Assembly (NCBI GenBank): GCA_964016885.1
Contig: OZ024740.1
Location: forward strand, 405,914,001 to 405,978,000
DNA: 64,000 nucleotides
Reading direction: 5' to 3'
Origin: Eledone cirrhosa
Taxonomy: Eukaryota
Below the pieces are notes generated by a model. It was given only the letters and a program-made list of their open reading frames with translations. It made no database searches and was not told where the DNA came from. The stretch's first letter is position 1, and each line of letters opens with the position of its first letter. Shown here piece by piece: positions 10,053 through 19,900 of the stretch. The position numbers and the translations under genes are program-made.

Positions 10053-10409
10053 ACCAGGGTGGTATATTAGTGAAGTTGTTACGGTGCGATGTAATATACC
10101 AAGATACCTTGCAGTATTTGTTCCAGCTCTTTGCATTCTTTGATCAAATCTTGTTACCTACTTGGGTGGGTCATTTGATTTGTCACCCAGTTTAACATCA
10201 CCACCTTGTTCTTGAGAGCCCACTGTGTGGCAAGCATTCAAGTCAGGTCTCTAGTTTGAGGATAACTTCCCCCCTTCCCCACACAAGTTTTGGAGGCCCT
10301 GAAAAGGGCCATGGGCACTGTTCTTTTCTCCTAAAAAGAATCTATACGGGATGCTTTTCATAAACTTGTTTTTACAGCAAGATAATTTTTCTACTCAACC
10401 ATGAAGTAA

Positions 10410-10722
10410 AAGGGAAAGCAATTAAGTTGACAAAAAACACTTCGCATAAAGGGAATCAGGTGTAGTGTGCAAGAGCAAGGATTATGATGGTATCGACATG
10501 ATGTGTATGAATGAAAATCGCTGCGTGAAGAAGTGTCAGTGGTTCTAAGTAGAAGGTGACTGAATAACAGGAAGACTAAGGACTTAGTCAGAAGAGATAG
10601 GAGCTGATCTGAGGATGATAAAACTAACAAAGCAGAGACAAAACTGCGACAGGTGAAGGACATTATGCTGGGATGAACTTGTCAAATGCATGGAAGAGCA
10701 GGCATAAAACTGATAATGATAT
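10410..10722 (+). mobile_element. 3' end of a degenerate RTE-clade LINE
   Basis: Remnants of IKGIRCSVQEQGL*WYRH...MNENRCVKKCQ...DLRMIKLT, homologous to 7180-7330. It ends in gcatggaagagcaggcataaaactgataatgat. Confidence 0.7.
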
Positions 10723-10936
10723 ATATAGGGAGTATAACTATTATAAGGGTCTTATGGTTAAGCATTTCAGTTCTTCATCTGCTATAAAAACAGTTAAAGT
10801 TTAACCATAGAGCTGAAAACCCTTATAATATTTAGACTCTAATTTTAGTGAGTATAGAGTACTGAGTTGAACAATCATCTTACTGGTTTCAGCCACTAAC
10901 ATTCCACTTATATATATATATATGTGTGTGTGTGTG

Positions 10937-11119
10937 TAAAAGGCAAACAGAACCAACAAAAATAAAACAAACAGCACAGTACATGGAAGGAATATATTAG
11001 TTTAACGCTTGAAATAGCAGGAAGAGGGAATTGACGTTTTGGACGTTAGTCTTTCATCAGAAGAAATAATTAGATATAAACAAGAAATAGAAAGATTGAG
11101 GAGTTGGGCAGAAAGATTG

Positions 11120-11125
<6 letters not shown>
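10937..11125 (-). mobile_element. Possible Penelope-like pLTR fragment between microsatellites
   Basis: Flanked by (TA)/(TG) tracts and contains a degenerate hammerhead-like core ctgatga...gtccaaaacgtc on the minus strand. Confidence 0.4.

Positions 11126-11161
<36 letters not shown>
11125..11161. repeat. (TA)n microsatellite
   Basis: Direct reading. Confidence 0.95.
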
Positions 11162-11165
<4 letters not shown>

Positions 11166-11267
11166 GTATGCACAGAGGTAATATAAACTACAAGTATTAA
11201 TGATGTTTTTGTGCCACTGTTCAGAAGATCTCATGGGTTTTCAGAATAACATGTCATTTTCATATAT

Positions 11268-11640
11268 TCATCATCATCAATTTCCATTTTTCCATGTTAG
11301 CATGGGTTGGACAGATCTTACAGACAAAGTTAATACTTAATTGGAGTTATTTTCACTGGCCTGGGACCATATCTTGGGTATATGTTCTACTTTTGGTATG
11401 GTTTCTAAAGCTGAATGTCCTTCTAGATGCCAACCACTTTACAGAGTGTACTGGATGCATTTTATCATGACACTAATATTAGAGATGTCATCATGTCCTT
11501 GACATAACTGAAGAGTCCTCTTAAATCTTTGGTGCATGGTTTCTATGACTGGTCACCATTCTTAGTCCCAACCACTTTACAGAGTGTATTGGGTGTATTT
11601 TACTGTAGCATCAGCTCCAGAGAGGTTCAGAGGTAGTTGA
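11268..11640 (-). mobile_element. SINE-like element(s) with (GAT)n tail, antisense
   Basis: catcatcatc...ttttccatgttagcatgggttggacag; ccaaccactttacagagtgta occurs twice (~11430, ~11568). Confidence 0.7.
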
Positions 11641-13296
11641 CTTGACATGTTGTTACCAGTTGAATGTCAACCACTTCACAAGGAAGTGCATTTTATAGTG
11701 GTACTAACACAAGGAAGGTTGTTTTGTTCCCAAGCAAAGATATTTGAGCATAAGAATAGAAGTGTGTATGGAGGGAGGATTAAGATAGAACAGATGTATG
11801 ATGAATGTGGTGTGTTGAAATAGATTGATGTGAAGGAAAGGAGGAAGAGTAACAAAGTGATGGTGATTGTAATACAGTGTGATGATGAAGGGGTCAAGTA
11901 TGGAGGGCCTAATTATGTCACATCCTACTAAATGGTTGTGGTACTGTCTCATCATCATCACTGTTTAATGCCATCTTCCCTACTTGCATGAGTTAGACAA
12001 GTTGCCATATTGTAAGTCTAGCCAGATCAGGTGACCACATTGAGTTCATACAGATCTGTTCTAGATTTACAGAAACATTACATACAGAAACATTATATTA
12101 TATAAAATAATTAATTAAGAAAATAGAATGGAATGGACATATAGTGATGGAAACATCCAGCATCTCTGGTCCCAAAGCATTTCCTTATTCAGTTTGGCTG
12201 TGACAAAGATGGTCATGCATAAGAATGACCCCCACATGTGGAATGAATCTTTCAGCATGCCCTTCTTGCCATTTTTTAGGGTAATGTATTTGTTTTTTTA
12301 TCTAATAGATTCAGGATATATTTGTATGACTTGCTAAGATATAATAAAATCTCTATTTCTTGAGGGAAGAAAAACGTTTCAAATTGTGAGGAAACAGTTG
12401 ATCAGATAATTAAACACGATGGAATCCAGCTCACAGTTATAAACTAAAAGCAGTTAAGAAAGAACAAATGACAAATAGTTTTGTTTCTTAAATAGATATA
12501 TAGTCTTGAATACATATATAGTCTTCTCAGTAACTACTAAAATATGTATTTTAGTAACTGTTTTATTGATAATAATGTCTCTTCCCAACGATACAAACAG
12601 AATCTCTGTTTAGAACAGTGGGGCTTTACTTTTAGCCATTCATAAAAATTATTTATTTGATTAATCTAAAGCATTATGTTAGGAAGCCATGACAGATGAT
12701 GAAAGGTATCTAATACCCTGACAGATAAGAAACAATAATGAGAGTAAAAAAAGGAAAGAAAGAGAAGGAAAATGAAAGGCATAAATAAGAAAAAATCTAA
12801 AACAAAGATACAGATTTTATTGATGTTTACCAAGGGAGAAAACTCTGTAAGAGTAGAAGTTATTTCCCCTGAATTTAGTATATTTTCTTTTCTTCTAAAA
12901 TTATTTTCTTAATTTTTAGAGCTGAATCATAATATAAATATAACCATTGTGTTCACTTTCGCTTTGTTCGATAGTAGTTGTTGTTGATGATGAAAAATGA
13001 CGATTAGAAATATAAAACAAGACAACAAATAAATAAGTTCCAAAACGTATGTATGTATGAATATATATGTAAAAAATAATCTGAATTAAGTATACTGATG
13101 ATTTGAAAGTTAAGAAAAAAATTTTAATACTGCAAAACTTCGATATACAAAACTGACGTGCTGTGAGGTTTTGAGGTGTCAGTCACGGTTAGAATATTTA
13201 GAAATATTTTTTTAATGCACAGTGCATGGATGTTCTTTTACTACAACAATGATTGAACCCATTTCTGTTTTTTATAGACAATTTTAATACTAGTTT

Positions 13297-13750
13297 CATC
13301 ATCATCATCATCATCATAATTATTACCGTTTTACGTCCATTCTTCCGCGCTAGCATGGTTTAGACGGGTTGTCCTGTTGTAGGCAATACCAGGTCAGGTG
13401 GCTTTGTTTTGCTCATGCAGAACTGATTTAGGCTTGATTTCTACAGCTGGATGCCCTTCCTAACACCAACCTCATTTACAGTGTGGACTAGGTGCCTTTT
13501 TGTCGTGATACCTCCACAACCACTTTACAGGGGAGGGGGTGGAGGCATACTGTCTATATGCTTCAGCTTCGGCTTGTACCTGGGGGAGGTCGGGTCTTCT
13601 GTATCACTGTTTAATGCCAGAGGTCTCGGTCCTGTGTCATCACCTTTGAGAGGTGCAATTGAGCAAGGTCAGCTTTTATCACTTCATCCCAGGTCTTCTT
13701 GGGTCTCCCCACTCCAAGGCATCCATTGATTTTTAGTGCTCTGTATCTTT
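13297..13750 (-). mobile_element. SINE or LINE-derived element with (GAT)n tail, antisense
   Basis: (CAT)n-rich tail, then tttacgtccattcttccgcgctagcatgg and ttctacagctggatgcccttcctaacaccaacc. Further in, cttcatcccaggtcttcttgggtct is the antisense of an RPKKTWDE-like LINE motif. Confidence 0.7.
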
Positions 13751-14024
13751 TATGCAGCTGTCATCCTTCATATGTTTATATATATATATATAATAATAAA
13801 TGAAGTGTAGGAAGGCTGTGTAGTTGCTAGTTAAGGTAGACTTAAAATTAAGAAGAAAGCAAGAATGGGGAGGGTGGGGGGAGAAGTTTTCCTCATCAGT
13901 TGTCTACTGGGGGTCTCGGATATTTCAACGCTTAAAGACAATATATCTACCCCCAGAGCGATCAATAATTAGGTAAGTTATTGGGAAAAGGAGGAGAGAG
14001 GGAAGGAAAATAGAAATTATAAAT

Positions 14025-14270
14025 ATCATCATCATCGTTTAAAGTCTATCTTCCATGCTAGCATGGGTTTAGACGGGAATTGTCCCAAGTGAGGCAAGAT
14101 TGGTTGTCTTGCTCGTATAGGACTGAATATATATATACATAAATGTGGTTGGCGATAGTACAGGCATCCAGCTGTAAAATTCTAGCCAGAAACAGTTTTG
14201 TGTGAGCAAATGGGACAACCTGTCTAACCCATGCTAGAGTGGAAGGTGGATGTTAAACAACGATGATGAG
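14025..14270. mobile_element. Two (GAT)n-tail SINE fragments in opposite orientation
   Basis: catcatcatcgtttaaagtc...ccatgctagcatggg on the minus strand, then gtggttggcgatagtacaggcatccagctgt...ccatgctagagtggaaggtggatgttaaacaacgatgatga on the plus strand. Confidence 0.65.
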
Positions 14271-14284
14271 ATATATATACTCTG

Positions 14285-14572
14285 TTGTTTACAACGGTGA
14301 ATGTTCCAGTTGATCCGATCAATGGATCAGTGTGTTCATGAAATTAACGTGCAAGTGGCTGAGCATTCCACAAACACGTGTACCCTTGACGTGGTTCTCA
14401 GAGAGATTTGGCATGCCACAGAATGTGACAAGGCTGGCCCTTCGAATTACAGGTACAACTCATTTTTGCCAGTTGAGTGAACTGGAGCAGCTTGAAATAA
14501 AGTGTCTTGCTCAAGGACACTGCGTGCCGACGAGAATCGAACTGAATTCCCTAACCACAAAACCAAGCACCT

Positions 14573-14575
<3 letters not shown>
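14285..14575 (-). mobile_element. tRNA-derived SINE (third family), antisense
   Basis: The minus strand has a tRNA-like head (gtggttagg...gttcgattc) followed by gtgtccttgagcaagacacttta, a typical SINE post-tRNA motif. Confidence 0.75.

Positions 14576-14576
<1 letters not shown>

Positions 14577-14605
<29 letters not shown>
14577..14605. repeat. (TA)n microsatellite
   Basis: Direct reading. Confidence 0.95.
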
Positions 14606-14607
<2 letters not shown>

Positions 14608-14710
14608 AATGGAACAAAACCGTCTAACTCATGCTAGCGTGGAAGATGGACGTTAAATGATGATGATGATATATATATAAGGGAAATGATCATTTTTTAA
14701 AAAAAGGCAT

Positions 14711-14889
14711 GGGGGTCCAAAAAGTGCACCTGGTATATAAAAAGGATCTTTATAACATGTACAAAAAATTGGTGTTTAGCAAAGTTTGCTTTCTCTGTTT
14801 TTAGATTTTCAAAATATTTATTTTTAAGTTTAATTGTCTTTTCGTTCAGACTTCTGCTTGCTGTTTCCAGGTGCACTTTTCAAACCCCC
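14711..14889. mobile_element. MITE-like element with ~23-bp inverted repeats
   Basis: gggggtccaaaaagtgcacctgg (14711-14733) pairs with ccaggtgcacttttcaaaccccc (14867-14889), with a 14-bp perfect core. Confidence 0.55.
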
Positions 14890-15619
14890 TATTTCAAACA
14901 CACCTTCCTATGTGCATTGGTTGAAGCATACGTCTAGTATGCACTACTTTCCCCCTCCCCCTTCCATACACATCTCATACTCTTACACTCCACCCTTCAC
15001 CCAAGTTCTTACATTCCACCCTTCACCAGCTAGGTGCTCGACCCTAGACCTACCTCTCCAATTCCCACCCCACATTCACGGACCTCTCCCATCTCAGTCT
15101 CCAGTCCACACTGTAAAGTGGTCATTTTGGTGTCATGACAAAAAAAGCACCCAGTTCACACTACATCATTTAACAGCCATTATCCTAATCAAAGGCACAG
15201 GTCCACTAGTAAGTAGATAGATAGATAAATAAATAAGATATTTAGTAGATATTGTTACATATGCCATACCATGGTATATGATCTAAACCAAATGAGGATG
15301 ATATAAAGACATACAAAGATAGACAAAAAACTGGAAACATAATATTCATACTACATTTACATTGAATAGATTTTGTTTCTTATTCTACTAACATAACCTA
15401 AATGATATTGAAATCCATTTCTGTAAAAGAAAGAATATATTCAGGAGGCAACTACAACATATCTTTACCAAGCTAATAAATGTTAATAAGAAAATTGGAA
15501 AGATATACCTTATTATTTCTACTTAACATTGAACAAAAGAAACTTTTAAATGTAACAAACAAGCATTAGTATTGACCTATCAAATGACTCCCTTCAGGGA
15601 ATGTAAGCTAGGTTTCAGC

Positions 15620-15792
15620 TACACACACAGACACATACAGAAACTCACGTATACACATACTGACACAAATACTCTCACACACATATGCACATGTGTTCAC
15701 ACACACTCATAATCACGTGCATGCACACATGCATACAGGCACACTATACACATGAATGCATGCACATGTGTGCACACTCAAACGTGCATGTA
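15620..15792. repeat. Degenerate (CA)/(CATG)-rich low-complexity tract
   Basis: acacacacagacacatac...gcatgcacacatgcat. Confidence 0.8.
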
Positions 15793-16217
15793 ACCAATTA
15801 TTGATAAAGAAATCAAACTGTGGTTTGGATTTTTAATTCTATTTTGTGTGTATATTGATAAAATGTTAAGATAGCAGTAATTCTTTCATGAGAAATATGG
15901 CAAAGATTAAAGGCAAGTTGTCAGTATTTTGGTTCTACTAAAACAATGTCAATGTTCAGCACCAAGCAGTGTTGGAGTTACCATTGTGCTTAGATGTGCT
16001 TAAGCACAAGGCCCCGTTTGCCAGGATGGGGACACTCATTTGTCTTAAATCCAGCACCAAGTGATAGATTAAGCAAGGAGGCCACATTTGGATTTGAAAT
16101 CAGGCTGCAAAGATCCAGAACAAATACTACAAGGTATCTTGTTTGACTGTAATTTTCATGAAGTGGCCTGAAACTATGCTCTTAGGCATCAAGGGTCTAG
16201 AATAATTTAAAATATAT

Positions 16218-16451
16218 TCAACCTTTTTGATACCAAACTGTTCCTAGTTTTATGATTCAAGACTGTTTATTTTAAAGTATTTATATTTATCTAAAAACCT
16301 GCCATCATCATTTTATGTCAAAACTTTTGTTGTGTTCCAAACACCAGCTTAATAATGAGAAAGTTATTTCACTAAGTGACTCTAAATTATTGGTTATTCT
16401 TAAAATACAGAGAGTATCTTTCTGTAGAAATATGGTTATTGAAAGGGATAA
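16218..16451. mobile_element. Degenerate piggyBac-like MITE
   Basis: The ends tcaacctttttgatacc and ggttattgaaagggataa resemble TTAA|CCCTTT...AAAGGG|TTAA termini, with mismatches. Confidence 0.45.
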
Positions 16452-16960
16452 AGACTTAGTCAAAGGACAAAGTGCAGCAGCACCCATGGCTACTTTCGAG
16501 GGCTCAATATGTATCATATTTGACATGGGTTCCTAAGGCCAACCATCTTATAGGGTCTACTGACTGCATTTTTGTGACACCAGCACTACTATTTTACAGA
16601 GTAGACAAGGTGCGTTTCATTGTGGTACCAACACTAACACTTTACATAGTATACTGGATGAATTTTATCATGGCAACTGCACTAGAAAAGTTGTCACAAA
16701 CTAGGCAAAAGTGAAGAGTCCTCTCAAAGCTTACATTGTCTCTATTCAATTGCCAAATACTGTAACTTCCAGTCTCTCACCACATTTATTTTTAGTGTTG
16801 CAGTGCTTGTACTGGTGGGTGGATGTGTTATGACATATTCCCAATCAGCTCAGTCTTGTGTCATCTGTTTATATAAAGCTTTGATTTGGAGTGTTATTAC
16901 TCTATTAAATCATGAATTTAGCCTGTTGTGTCTCTCATTATGAGAGCAACTCTCTAATCA

Positions 16961-19900
16961 TTGTGTATATGGCCTACGAGTTATAATGTTCGTTTCATAA
17001 ATGTGTATATGGCCTACTAGTTATAATGTTGGTTTCACAAATGTGTATATGGCCTAATAGTTATAATGTTGGTTTCACAAATGTGTATATGGCCTACTAG
17101 TTATAATGTTGGTTTCACAAATGTGTATATGGCCTAATAGTTATAATGTTGGTTTCACAAATGTGTATATGGCCTACTAGTTATAATGTTGGTTTCACAA
17201 ATGTGTATATGGCCTAGTAGTTATAGTGTTAGCTTCACAAGTGTGTATATGGCCTAGTAGTTATAGTGTTGGCTTCACAATTGTGTATATGGACGAGTAG
17301 TTAGAGTGTTGGCTTCACAATTGTGTATATGGCCTAGTAGTTATAATGTTGGTTTCACAATTGTGTATATGGCCTAGTAGTTATAATGTTGGTTTCACAA
17401 TTGTGTATATGGCCTAGTAGTTATAATGTTGGTTTCACAATTGTGTATATGGCCTAGTAGTTATAGTGTTGGCTTCACAATTGTGTATATGGCCTAGTAG
17501 TTATAATGTTAGTTTCACAATTGTGTATATGGACTAGTAGTTATAATGTTGGTTTCACAATTGTGTATATGGCCTAGTAGTTATAGTGTTGGCTTCACAA
17601 TTGTGTATATGGCCAAGTAGTTAGAGTCTTGGCTTCACAATTGTGTATATGGCCTAGTAGTTATGATGTTAGTTTCACAATTGTGTATATGGCCTAGTAG
17701 TTATAGTGTTGGCTTCACAATTGTGTATATGGCCAAGTAGTTAGAGTCTTGGCTTCACAATTGTGTATATGGCCTAGTAGTTATGATGTTAGTTTCACAA
17801 TTGTGTATATGGCCTAGTAGTTATAGTGTTGGCTTCACAATTGTGTATATGGCCAAGTAGTTAGAGTCTTGGCTTCACAATTGTGTATATGGCCTAGTAG
17901 TTATGATGTTGGTTTCACAATTGTGTGTATGGCCTAGTAGTTATAGTGTTGGCTTCACAATTGTGTATATGGCTTAGTAGTTATAGTTTTGGCTTCACAA
18001 TTGTGTAGATGGCCTATTAGTTAGAGTGTAGGCTTAAGAATTGTGTATATGACCTAATAGTTATAGTGTTGGCTTCACAATTGTGTGTAAGGCCTCATAA
18101 TTATAGTGTTGGTTTCACGATTGTGTATATGGCCTAGTAGTTATAGTGTTGGTTCACAATTGTGTATATGGCCTAGTAGTTAGAGTGGTGGCTTAAGAAT
18201 TGTGTATATGGCCTAGTAGTTATAGTGGTGGCTTCACAATTGTGTATATGGCCAAGTAGTTATAGTGTTGGTTTCACAATTATGTATATGGTCTACTAGT
18301 TATAGTGTTGGCTTCACAATTAGGTATATGGCCTAGTAGTTAGAGTGTTGGCTTCACAATTGTGTATATGGCCTCATGGTTATAGTGCTGGTTTCACAAT
18401 TGTGTGTATGGCCTAGTAGTTATAGTGTTGGTTTCACAATTGCGTATATGGCCTAGTAGTTATAGTTTGGCTTCACAATTGTGTATATGGCCTTGTAGTT
18501 ATAGTGTTGGTTTCACAATTGTATATATGGCCTAGTAGTTATAGTGTCGGTTTCACAATTGTGTATATGGCCTAGTAGTTATAGGGTTGGTTTAACATTT
18601 GTATATATGGCCTAGTAGTTATAGTGTTGGCTTCACAAAATGTGTATATGGTCTAGTAGTTATAGTGTTGGCTTCACAATTGTGTATATGGCCTAGTAGT
18701 TATAGTGTTGGTTTCACAATTGTGTATATGGCCTAGTAGTTATAGGGTTGGTTTAACATTTGTATATATGGCCTAGTAGTTATAGTGTTGGCTTCACAAA
18801 ATGTGTATATGGTCTAGTAGTTATAGTGTTGGCTTCACAATTGTGTATATGGCCTAGTAGTTATAGTGTTGGCTTAAGAATTGTGTATATGGCCTAATAG
18901 TGATAGTGTTGGCTTCACAATTGTGTGTATGGCCTCATGGTTATAGTGTTGGCTTAAGAATTGTGTATATGGCCTAGTAGTTATAATGTTGGTTTCACTA
19001 TTGTGTAAATGGCCTAGTAGTTATAGTGGTGGGTTCACAATTGTGTATATGGCCAAGTAGTTATAGTGTTGGTTTCACAATTGTGTATATGGTCTACTAG
19101 TTATAGTGTTGGCTTCACAATTAGGTATATGGCCTAATAACTATAGTGTTGGCTTCACAATTGTGTGTATGGCCTAGTAGTTATAGGGTTGGCTTCACAA
19201 TTGTGTGTATGGCCTCATGGTTGTAGTGGTGGCTTCACAATTGTGTAAATGGCCTCTGGGTTATAGTGTTGGTTTCACAATTGTGTATATGGCCTAATAG
19301 TTATAGTGTTGGCTTCACAATTGTGTATATGGCCTAGTAGTTATAGTGTTGGTTTCACAATTGTGTATATGGCCTAATAGTTATAGTGTTGGCTTCACAA
19401 TTGTGTATATGGCCTCGTAGTTATAGTGTTGGCTTCACAATTGTGTATATAGTGCTAGTACTTATAGTGTTGGCTTCACAATTGTGTATATAGTGCTAGT
19501 ACTTATAGTGTTGGCTTCACAATTGTGTATATGGCCTAGTAGTTATAGAGTTGGTTTCACAATTGTGTATATGGCCTAGTAGTTATAGTGTTGGCTTCAC
19601 AAATGTGTATATGACCAAGTAGTTATAGTGTTGGCTTCACAATTGTGTATATGGCATAGTAGTTATAATGTTGGTTTCACAATTGTGTATATGGCCTAGT
19701 AGTTATATTGTTGGCTTCATAATTAGGTATATGGCCTAGTAGTTAGAGTGTTGGCTTCACAATCGTGTTTATGGCTTCATGGTAATAGTGTTGGTTTCAT
19801 AATTGTGTGTATGGCCTAGTAGTTATAGTGTTGGTTTCATAATTGCGTATATGGCCTAGTAGTTATAGTGTTGGCTTCACAATTGTGTATATGGCCTAGT

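Noticed and set aside
10155-10335. Possible minus-strand internal exon (ttctttttag acceptor, gtaggt/gtaac donor)
   Set aside because: All three frames contain stop codons before the donor.
14520-14575. tRNA gene from A/B-box-like motifs
   Set aside because: No complete cloverleaf is present, and the motifs are the head of a SINE.
2112-17300. Common origin of the 27-bp and 40-bp repeats (both contain gt.ttgg and tcaca)
   Set aside because: Shared words are only 4-5 bp in sequences of similar composition, and I found no convincing colinear alignment.
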